A stretch of 34,406 bases of DNA from Nanobdellota archaeon (lineage in GTDB: Archaea > Nanobdellota > Nanobdellia > Pacearchaeales > GW2011-AR1): the NCBI GenBank assembly GCA_022709585.1, contig JAKLIN010000001.1:1-34406 (forward strand). Reading direction: 5' to 3'. Position 1 is the stretch's first letter. The number at the start of each line of letters is the position of its first letter. The notes under the pieces were generated by a model, which was given only the letters and a program-made list of their open reading frames with translations, searched no databases and had not been told where the DNA came from. This document shows, piece after piece, positions 26,297-33,995 of this stretch. Both the position numbers and the translations under genes were made by a program.

Positions 26297-27457
26297 TTAT
26301 TTTTTAATGGCAATGAAAGTGCTCAATTTTCTTGCTCCTTCGCCAGATTTTAAAGGTTCAAAGATGAATATTTGATTATTGAAACTCATCTGACTGCTTC
26401 CCCCTCCATCAAGATTCATTGCTTCCACACAACCCAAAGATTGCATAAGATTAGAAAGCTCCCAGAGGTATAAATTTTTAGAATAAACTCCAACCAATTT
26501 TACCAGTCCTTCAGAGGTAATTCCTACTGCACTTTTCGCACGATTACTAAACAAGATATCATCAGGAAAATTTTCTGAGTTTGCCAAAATCAGTTTTTCT
26601 AAAGAAAAATCTTCCTGCCCTGGCTGAGCTTCCGGAAAAAGATTTGGACCTGCTCCGAGAAGATAATTATAACTATATCCTTGGTTATTTGCGCTTCTTT
26701 TGCATCTCGGAGTTAATTCACTAAGGTTATTTACCCCTTGAAGAATATCTGCCAAAACAAATAAAGAACCTTCTGGACTTATCTTGCCTTTTAATGCAAA
26801 CACAGCCCGAGCAAGAGGAATTCCTTGTTTTAACAAAACATTGGCTTTATTACATCCATCCATGAAAAGAATTCCCCCAACTTGTCTTGGATCGCTTAAA
26901 CAGAAATATCCTCCGTTTATTCCGTCCCGGTTAGTTTCTTTTAGCGACTTGCCAGGATTATAAATTATTTCTAATTGTTCTGGAAGAGCTGTGATAACTT
27001 CCCCTATTTTTATTTTAGCTTCCTTATCTTGGTAAATAGTATTTAGGTAAGGAAACTCGCTAATTCTTGGCTCCAAAAAAACAGGATTAGAAGAAGCATA
27101 CCCGATAAGGTTCAATTTGCCTTTTTCTAGATAAGTTAGCTCAACTAAATCTTTTTGAGAGGTCTCTTTCAATTCATAAACAGGGGGAGATTCACAAGAT
27201 TTTTCGTATTTAATCGTAGGGGTAGCTTGAGGATATTCTAATTTTTTTGGAGATAGCACACTTTCTAAAGAAGAATTTGAAACATATTCTGGAATTGTTT
27301 CTGCAGAACTTATTGGATTTCCAGAGGTTGCAAGACTTACGGAACTTGTCGAAAAAATGGGGGGATTAGGAATTAATGCTTCTGCATTGCTACAACGATT
27401 GCCTACGCTCATTGCAAGCAAAATACCTGCTAGAGCTTCCATCGCCCTCTTTTTCAT
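26297..27457 (-). CDS. Secreted phosphodiester glycosidase-like protein (NAGPA/DUF2233-like)
   Basis: It has the N-terminal signal-like MKKRAMEALAGILLAMSVG, a Ser/Pro-rich linker, and the C-terminal AMNLDGGGSSQM motif characteristic of the family. It is 386 aa. Confidence 0.6.
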   Translation of the reverse strand: MKKRAMEALAGILLAMSVGNRCSNAEALIPNPPIFSTSSVSLATSGNPISSAETIPEYVSNSSLESVLSPKKLEYPQATPTIKYEKSCESPPVYELKETSQKDLVELTYLEKGKLNLIGYASSNPVFLEPRISEFPYLNTIYQDKEAKIKIGEVITALPEQLEIIYNPGKSLKETNRDGINGGYFCLSDPRQVGGILFMDGCNKANVLLKQGIPLARAVFALKGKISPEGSLFVLADILQGVNNLSELTPRCKRSANNQGYSYNYLLGAGPNLFPEAQPGQEDFSLEKLILANSENFPDDILFSNRAKSAVGITSEGLVKLVGVYSKNLYLWELSNLMQSLGCVEAMNLDGGGSSQMSFNNQIFIFEPLKSGEGARKLSTFIAIKK

Positions 27458-27649
27458 TTATCCTAAAAACCAAAAAAGATTTTTAATCATTTCTACAGTC
27501 AAGAAGTATATTCCTCGAAGATAAATTCTTAGAACTAGATTTCTTCGTTTGTTCGTTGTTTTCCGCCATGTCGGTAAGGAAACTTCTTTCTATTCTTACG
27601 TTTATCTTTTCCCTTATTTCTTTTGTCCGGAACTGCATAGTCTGCCATT

Positions 27650-28717
27650 TTACGAACCACACTTCCCATCTTTGCAAGACTGATAAATATTATCTAATTC
27701 AAGGTATCTGAAAGAAACTTTTTCTACATAATCGGAATGATAATCTCCACAACCAACATATTTTCTTAGAATATGACTAAGAGGGGTGTATTTCTCATAA
27801 GGATGAGTATATTCAAAACCAGAAACCTGATCACAATTTGGGTAACTAGCTTTATTGTTTATAAAATAAACTCCCCTAAAGATCGCATATTCTGGGTCAA
27901 AAAGCGCACTATTGCTCCTACTACAAGATAAAGTTCTAGAAGTAATGCCTTTAAATTTATTCAAAAAAACGCCGCTATCACAAGCATTAGAGTTTATCTG
28001 CATTAATCCCAGATAATTATCCCCCAGAGAATCATCATCAAGGGGATGAGCAATACAACTAGACTCTTGCATTATAACAGATAAAACCAAGAGAGGATCT
28101 AATGAAGAACCTGTTTTTTCGCGAACAGAATCTGTAACAGTTTGATCTGTTTTAAGATATTCAATGTATTTAATTAAATACTCTGCATAATCATCACATC
28201 TTGTGCCGCAAGAACACGTTCTGTCTCCAACAGCATGATCCTTAAGGTAATTTAACAAAAATTTTAACGTTTCAAGGTCCCGCTTTTCACTAAACATATT
28301 TACATAAATATTGGTTCCAGCTCCGCTCCCCGTCCCACTCCCAGTTCCAGAGCCACCACCAGTTCCAGGATCACTGCCACCCGTAGAAGGATCTACTCCC
28401 GTGCAATCAATCCCCGGACATTTTTTAACAGTTCCAGAATATTTTTGAGAAGTCGAAAGGCTATAGCAGGTTTCTTTTTCAGGTGTTTCTTTTCCTTTGA
28501 TTATGACATTTCGTTCGCGAGTGCAAAATTCACTTTTAAGCTTTGCTAAGCAAACTAAAGAACAGTGATCCTTGATTATTGCGAGATTATTATCTAATTC
28601 AGTTTCTTCTCTAAAAAAACGCCAGTTAGTAGAAAATCCCAAAGCAAGAAAACCGATGATTAATAAAGAGATTATAATTGCCATTAAAAATCCGGAAGTA
28701 ATCCCTTTTTTATCCAT
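27650..28717 (-). CDS. Pilin-like leader + 6-Cys module + G/S/T linker + SLT (GH23) lytic transglycosylase domain
   Basis: MDKKG is followed by a hydrophobic helix. The module is C-x3-C-x8-C-x18-C-x15-C-x4-C. The linker is GVDPSTGGSDPGTGGGSGTGSGTGSGAG. SLT motifs are VIMQESSC (E codon at 28064-28066) and GLMQIN (27996-28010). Confidence 0.7.
   Translation of the reverse strand: MDKKGITSGFLMAIIISLLIIGFLALGFSTNWRFFREETELDNNLAIIKDHCSLVCLAKLKSEFCTRERNVIIKGKETPEKETCYSLSTSQKYSGTVKKCPGIDCTGVDPSTGGSDPGTGGGSGTGSGTGSGAGTNIYVNMFSEKRDLETLKFLLNYLKDHAVGDRTCSCGTRCDDYAEYLIKYIEYLKTDQTVTDSVREKTGSSLDPLLVLSVIMQESSCIAHPLDDDSLGDNYLGLMQINSNACDSGVFLNKFKGITSRTLSCSRSNSALFDPEYAIFRGVYFINNKASYPNCDQVSGFEYTHPYEKYTPLSHILRKYVGCGDYHSDYVEKVSFRYLELDNIYQSCKDGKCGS
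28455..28495. repeat. 41-nt near-identical segment shared with 31436-31476 (37/41 identical)
   Basis: The sequences are gaaaggctatagcaggtttctttttcaggtgtttcttttcc and gaaaggctataacaagtttctttttcaggcgtttcctttcc. On the minus strand both encode GKETPEKETCYSLS. Confidence 0.8.
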
Positions 28718-28738
28718 AAAAGGATAAGTTTAACTTAA

Positions 28739-28746
28739 TTTATAAG
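28739..28746 (-). promoter_or_regulatory. TATA-like box for the SLT gene
   Basis: The box tttataag is centred about 25.5 nt upstream of the ATG at 28717. The whole upstream block aaaggataa...aatttataa.tatta is shared with the next paralogue. Confidence 0.5.
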
Positions 28747-28779
28747 TATTATTAATTCAAAAAGAAATTAATCTTTTGT

Positions 28780-31707
28780 TTAATAAGGGGAACTTTTTGA
28801 AATTAACTCTATTTTATCTAAGAGTATTTTTTGGTTGATTGGCCCGTAAGATTCCGCGAGCCTATGATCTGACATCATGGAATTCATTGTTGCTCGAATG
28901 TTTAATGGATTATAACCACATCCCAGGAAGTAACATACAAACTCATCTTCAGTTAAATCAGGATTCTTAATTTTTTCTTCCTCAAATCTTTTTATGCAAG
29001 ATTCTCCATATGTTTCCAGAGGATTTGTCAAATCTTTAGGATAAGGAGAGTTTATAGAATTTGCTTTCCACCAGCTAGATCTATCTTCTTGTCCTGTTTC
29101 GGGATTTACATACTCAAGATATTCTGGATCTCTAGAGAGAGTTAATTCCCCTATTGGAGGTGCTAAGTCTTTCCAGACTCCTGCTCCATAAACGCTAGGA
29201 TTTGCTTGAATCAGTACATCACTTTCAACGCAAGTTTTTCCTTGAGGCCTATCATAAGCATAAAGAGAGGGGTTTGATTCTCCAGAAATTTCTTCTTTAA
29301 TTTCTTTCCAAGAATAATAATATTCATCTTCTAACTTTCCAAAAGAATGCCCAAATTCGTGAAGAATCATTCTCGCTCTGTCATTTCTATACCCGCAAGA
29401 TAAAGAAAGTGCAAAAGTACTTGCTGCTGCTGCAGAACGAAATCTTTCTTTTTTATAAAGAATTATAACACTGTCTGCATTTTTTAAATTCAATGATTGT
29501 GCAAGACTTTGAGAAATTGTCGAGTACTCCAAATTGTCGGGATGTTTTTCTTCAAAATAAGAAGAATCCCAGTACCAATCAAATAAAAATTGATTGCCTG
29601 CTCCCCCGAGGTACATTCTGCCACCAACTGTTGCAGAAGAATGGCAATTAGTCTTTGGAGGAAGCACTGTCGGAGTTTCTTTAACTAACTCTGCCCAGAT
29701 ATTGAACTGGTCTTGATGGGTTTTAAACGGTTCCATTTCAAAGAAACTTAGGTAATTCTCTTCATCATTTTCTTTAAACAAGTATTCAACTTCCTTTTTT
29801 AATTCTTCAAGTGCAGAATATCCTACTCCTCGGATTACAATATCAATTTTATCTTTGCGTAATTGATAAGGCTCGTCTGTACCAGAAGAAGGCAAAACAA
29901 GAATCCTATTAGAATAATATTTTTCAACGCACTTATTGAGATTTACGTTACAATCTAAATAAGGATAACAATCCCAATCGGTTTTGCAAAAGTCTCCTGC
30001 TTGAATTTCTTTAAAACTTTCTACATCGCTCCAGTGTAAAACTGGAACTGTTTGAGTCTCTGAAGGAGTTTTTTCTTTCAAATCTTTTAAATCTGGAGCT
30101 TCAATTATTCCATTGTAAAACAAATCTTGAACATTATCTTCGGAAAATTCATTCTCGGAGAGATACTCTTCAGATCTTATTTTTTTTAGGGTATTGTCAT
30201 ATAACCGGAATATTCCTCCGTAAAGAATAGCAACTTCTTCAACATAATAGATATGCGTGCTGCCTTGGGCAGGATCGTATTCAAAAGGACTTGCACCAGG
30301 AATATTTTCACAAAGCCCCTTTTTTCGCGTCTTGCTATCATAATCTCTTAAAGCAGCATTAAAAGAAAAATAATCTTCATATCTAGAAACTCCTTTTTCT
30401 GCACAACCTCGAATTTGTTCTTTTGTGAAGCCCATTCGATTTTTTTCATAAGAAGATTCTAATTCTTTAATTTCTCTTTCAAGATCTACCAGAGAATTAA
30501 TATTTTCACTTTCTTGAACCAAAAATGCTAAATATAAAAAAGGATCTTGATAACTTTTATCTAAGGTGTGCTCTGATAGTCTCAGAATTTTATCCGCATA
30601 CTTTACACAGCTAATGGGAGAATCTTCATTAGTAAAATCACAATTTAATTTTTTGTTTATATTTTTCCAAGTTTCTGTGGAATAATCGTAAATCATGCTA
30701 GGAAATCCTGTTCTACTAGAAGTTTTAACAAGAGCTTCAAATAAGTCTTTCTCTTGAGAAGAAGCTCTATCAATAGTCTTTATTCCCCTCATTAAGGTCA
30801 CTAAAGCGTTTTTAAATGCATACCATTTACCTTGAGAGTCCACTAAATAAAAGTAGTAAACTAAAAATCTGCCAGAATCTGAAGGCATTTCAACATCTAC
30901 TGAGATTAAGTTTCCTTTAATTTTAGCAAAGTTTTTGTCAAATACATTTCCTATTGAACTTACAGAAAATCCAAATTGGTCTGTGACAATTAAATTAAAC
31001 TCCCCCAGATTATTTTCTGCATGATCGACAGATTCATCTGCTACCCATCTTGAATTGAATTCGTTATTCTGATTTTGTTTATTTACTACCTTTAATTTAA
31101 TTCTTGCAAATTCTCTCGGTAAAGGCGTAGAATATTCTGTTGTGAAAGAATTAACTTCTCCTACTTCAAAAGAGTGCAATTCAAGTAGACTTTCTAAATC
31201 TGTTGCTTTTCCGGAAATAGGAGCAACCAAATTTTCTGGATCTGAAACCTTAAAATAATTGTTAAAAACGAAGGTGTTTTGCTTAGAAACTTTTTCGATT
31301 TGAGATGCTTGATAAGTTAATTCCTCTTGTAAAATCTTTTCTAAATCTATTTCTTCAGGCAAAAGAACCATTCCACTTCCTTCACAAATAATATTAGAAC
31401 AATAAGAAATAATATTGGAATATTCTGAAGATTTTGAAAGGCTATAACAAGTTTCTTTTTCAGGCGTTTCCTTTCCGTTTATTGTCACTTGGCGTTCTAA
31501 AGTACAAAAAAGCTGTTTTGAGTTGGTCAAACAAGCATTAGAACATTGAGATTTAATATCCCCTAAGTTATTCTGAGAACTGCTTTCTCCAAATGTATCT
31601 CTAAAAAAAGACCAATTTGTAGATATTCCGTATGAAACAAAAAGAATAACCACTAAAGAAGTTATAACTAAAAAAATAATTTTAGATCCTATTCCTCTTT
31701 TATTCAT
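28780..31707 (-). CDS. 975-aa mosaic secreted protein: pilin-like leader + 6-Cys module + beta-rich region + divergent lysozyme-like domain + Cys knot + M64-like zinc metallopeptidase
   Basis: It has the MNKRG leader. GKETPEKETCYSLS is identical to the SLT paralogue. YLAFLVQESE lies at 30505-30534. DFCKTDWDCYPYLDCNVNLNKC lies at 29929-29994. HEFGHSFGKLEDEY lies at 29320-29361. Confidence 0.65.
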   Translation of the reverse strand: MNKRGIGSKIIFLVITSLVVILFVSYGISTNWSFFRDTFGESSSQNNLGDIKSQCSNACLTNSKQLFCTLERQVTINGKETPEKETCYSLSKSSEYSNIISYCSNIICEGSGMVLLPEEIDLEKILQEELTYQASQIEKVSKQNTFVFNNYFKVSDPENLVAPISGKATDLESLLELHSFEVGEVNSFTTEYSTPLPREFARIKLKVVNKQNQNNEFNSRWVADESVDHAENNLGEFNLIVTDQFGFSVSSIGNVFDKNFAKIKGNLISVDVEMPSDSGRFLVYYFYLVDSQGKWYAFKNALVTLMRGIKTIDRASSQEKDLFEALVKTSSRTGFPSMIYDYSTETWKNINKKLNCDFTNEDSPISCVKYADKILRLSEHTLDKSYQDPFLYLAFLVQESENINSLVDLEREIKELESSYEKNRMGFTKEQIRGCAEKGVSRYEDYFSFNAALRDYDSKTRKKGLCENIPGASPFEYDPAQGSTHIYYVEEVAILYGGIFRLYDNTLKKIRSEEYLSENEFSEDNVQDLFYNGIIEAPDLKDLKEKTPSETQTVPVLHWSDVESFKEIQAGDFCKTDWDCYPYLDCNVNLNKCVEKYYSNRILVLPSSGTDEPYQLRKDKIDIVIRGVGYSALEELKKEVEYLFKENDEENYLSFFEMEPFKTHQDQFNIWAELVKETPTVLPPKTNCHSSATVGGRMYLGGAGNQFLFDWYWDSSYFEEKHPDNLEYSTISQSLAQSLNLKNADSVIILYKKERFRSAAAASTFALSLSCGYRNDRARMILHEFGHSFGKLEDEYYYSWKEIKEEISGESNPSLYAYDRPQGKTCVESDVLIQANPSVYGAGVWKDLAPPIGELTLSRDPEYLEYVNPETGQEDRSSWWKANSINSPYPKDLTNPLETYGESCIKRFEEEKIKNPDLTEDEFVCYFLGCGYNPLNIRATMNSMMSDHRLAESYGPINQKILLDKIELISKSSPY
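31436..31476. repeat. Partner copy of the 28455-28495 segment
   Basis: See the partner entry. The four mismatches are all transitions. Confidence 0.8.
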
Positions 31708-31728
31708 AAAAGGATAAACAAATTCGAA

Positions 31729-31737
31729 TTTATAAAT
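31729..31737 (-). promoter_or_regulatory. TATA-like box for the 975-aa gene
   Basis: The box tttataaat is centred about 26 nt upstream of the ATG at 31707. Confidence 0.5.
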
Positions 31738-31767
31738 ATTAGGAGGATTAATCCAATTTTTTAGAAT

Positions 31768-32934
31768 TTATTTAAGTTTTTGATCATATAAATCTGAAAG
31801 TCTTCCATAAAGATACATTACTTCTTCTACATAAAAAGTGCTTCTACCAGAACAATATGCTTCAGTCTGAGCCCAAGAGGCCCTCAATGCAGAGTTATAT
31901 TCTTTATAATAAGTATATCTTCGATTTCCAATACTCCAACAAGATTCAAGAAAATCTTTATTTAAACCATTTTTGTAAGAATTATATTTTTCCTGAGTCG
32001 TTTTTGCCAGAGGTCCGATAGTCTCGGGGAAATCCTTGTTACATCCTCCTCGAATTGCCCTAGCTAATAAAAGAAGAGGGTCTTCAATTCCATAGGTTGA
32101 TGCAGCCTCAACTGTTTTCTCAGCGTAAAGCCCGCAATCGTTGCCACATTCACATTTTTTGTACTTAAACTGCCATCGACTCAAGTCGTGGTCATATTCT
32201 ATAACACTTATTCCGTTCGTGGAAGAAGAAATATTTTTCAATACTTCTGCGATAATTATTGGATTATTTCTTAGATTATCCTCGCTCTCAGAAGGTTTAT
32301 TCCATAAAGTAATCAAACTGTTATTAACCCTGCTAAAATGATAATTTTTATCCAGAATAACAAAATAAAATTTTATCCATTCTCCGATTTTATTAGGGAG
32401 TACGGCGGTGACCTTTGCAACCGAATTAGTTTTTGAATCATATTCCAAGGAGTAAATCTCTTTTTGAATTGCTCCTTCTGAAGAATCTTCTAAAACAAAA
32501 ACAATTTTTTCCCAGTTAGACTCATTGAATCTCTCTTCTAAGTTCTTTAAATAAAAAGTGGTTTCTTCTCCTGCAACAGAATTTTCATACCAGGATTCAA
32601 ATAGACGATTTTCAGGGCAAAGATCTGGACATTGGTCAATTTTTCCTGCAAAATCTCCTGCAATTATCCAAGAATAGTATTCGCAAGTATTGTACAACTG
32701 TTTTCTTCTTCCCAAGCTTAATTCTCTTTTTTCTTGACAAAAGTCATAAGACTGCTCTTGTTCGCAAAAATGAGCACATCTTTCTTTCACTTCTGCAACA
32801 TTATTTTTTTTAAACCAACTAGAAAAATTTAATGCTAAGAAAACAAAACCAGAAATAATTAATCCCGTTGCAAGAAGAATCAAAACTAATCTAACAGTTT
32901 CGTCTTGAACCAACTCTCCTTTTTTGTTCATCAT
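31768..32934 (-). CDS. Pilin-like leader + 6-Cys module + beta-rich region + lysozyme-like domain lacking the catalytic Glu (paralogue of the 975-aa protein N-terminal half)
   Basis: It has an (M)MNKKG leader. It aligns with the 975-aa protein through WIKFYFVILD / FLVYYFYLVD and STFYVEEVMYLYG / THIYYVEEVAILYG. It reads ARAIRGGC (32041-32064) where the paralogues have QES. The start may be the second ATG at 32931. Confidence 0.55.
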   Translation of the reverse strand: MMNKKGELVQDETVRLVLILLATGLIISGFVFLALNFSSWFKKNNVAEVKERCAHFCEQEQSYDFCQEKRELSLGRRKQLYNTCEYYSWIIAGDFAGKIDQCPDLCPENRLFESWYENSVAGEETTFYLKNLEERFNESNWEKIVFVLEDSSEGAIQKEIYSLEYDSKTNSVAKVTAVLPNKIGEWIKFYFVILDKNYHFSRVNNSLITLWNKPSESEDNLRNNPIIIAEVLKNISSSTNGISVIEYDHDLSRWQFKYKKCECGNDCGLYAEKTVEAASTYGIEDPLLLLARAIRGGCNKDFPETIGPLAKTTQEKYNSYKNGLNKDFLESCWSIGNRRYTYYKEYNSALRASWAQTEAYCSGRSTFYVEEVMYLYGRLSDLYDQKLK

Positions 32935-32951
32935 TCATCAAAGTAAAAAGG

Positions 32952-32960
32952 ATTTATAAT
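32952..32960 (-). promoter_or_regulatory. TATA-like box for the 388-aa gene
   Basis: The box atttataat is centred 25 nt upstream of the ATG at 32931 and 22 nt upstream of the ATG at 32934. Confidence 0.45.
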
Positions 32961-32978
32961 CTTTTTTAGTAAATTTAA

Positions 32979-33995
32979 TCATTTAGGCAAGAGATATTCT
33001 TCAGCATAACTATCGATTCCTTTAGCAATCCCTTCAGCTATTGCTTCTTGATATCCGACTGTAGCTAATCTTTTCCCTTCTGCGTCATTTGTTATAAAAC
33101 CAATTTCAACTAAAGAAGAGGCATAAGGACTTTTGCAGTTTAAAACAGCTAAAGGATCTTTACCAATTTCTTTGTCGCTTTTTACTTTTCTGTCTAAAAC
33201 CAAACTCGACACAACCGAAAGAGATTTAAGATATTCATTTGCAGAAGAGATTACTTTAGGATGAACAGAGTTAGCTAAGTTTTTTGATGCGATTCTTAAA
33301 TCATTTGTTCTGTAAATGGTTTCTATTCCATTTGCAGCGGCGTCCTGAGCGGCATTACAATGAACAGATACAAGAATATCTGCTTGAAGTGCTACGGCTT
33401 GTGCACATCGAGATTCCAATGAAACAGACTTATCAATTATTCTCGTGAAATCAATATTATTCTTATTATAACCTAAGGCTACCAATTTTTGCTTGACTTT
33501 CAAAGCAACATCTAAATTAATACTTTTTTCATAGATTCCCCCAACACCAATAGCTCCAGGGTCAGTTCCGCCGTGGCCCGGATCAAGAACGATAAAAACA
33601 TCGGATTTTGAGTATATCTCTCCTCTTAACATTCTTTGAGCAAGCTTATCTTTTTCGTTAACTACAGGGACACAATCTCCGAAATCAGGACATTTATCAA
33701 TTAATCCCTTGTATCCTTCTTCATCTGTTTGAGAAAAATAATAACAAGTTTCGTATATTTTCTCTCGCATACTAAGAATTATCTCTCTTTTTTGATTACA
33801 GAAATCATATTCTCCAGAATTTCCTTGACTACAAAAACGAGAACACTGGTCTTGAATTGTTTTCACATTGTTGCTTGGGAACCAACTAGAAAATCCAAAC
33901 CATTGCGTGGTAAAACCTGCTACTAAAAAAGCTAAGAACAAAAGAGCTGCAATAAGACCCACCGTAGCTTCCAAAGTCATTCCTCTTTGATTCAT
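32979..33995 (-). CDS. Pilin-like leader + 6-Cys module + N-acetylmuramoyl-L-alanine amidase (Amidase_3)
   Basis: I place the start at the ATG at 33995 (MNQRG...), not the TTG at 34010 used by the ORF track. Amidase_3 motifs are VLDPGHGGTDPGA, YEKSINL, VSVHCNAA and LVEIGFITN. Confidence 0.85.
   Translation of the reverse strand: MNQRGMTLEATVGLIAALLFLAFLVAGFTTQWFGFSSWFPSNNVKTIQDQCSRFCSQGNSGEYDFCNQKREIILSMREKIYETCYYFSQTDEEGYKGLIDKCPDFGDCVPVVNEKDKLAQRMLRGEIYSKSDVFIVLDPGHGGTDPGAIGVGGIYEKSINLDVALKVKQKLVALGYNKNNIDFTRIIDKSVSLESRCAQAVALQADILVSVHCNAAQDAAANGIETIYRTNDLRIASKNLANSVHPKVISSANEYLKSLSVVSSLVLDRKVKSDKEIGKDPLAVLNCKSPYASSLVEIGFITNDAEGKRLATVGYQEAIAEGIAKGIDSYAEEYLLPK

Noticed and set aside
27483-27677. 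A 64-aa minus-strand ORF in the spacer between the SLT gene and the glycosidase-like gene.
   Set aside because: It overlaps the 3' end of the SLT gene out of frame, has no TATA-like box at the expected spacing, and has an odd composition. It is probably non-coding spacer, although the 190-nt gap itself is unusually long for this genome.
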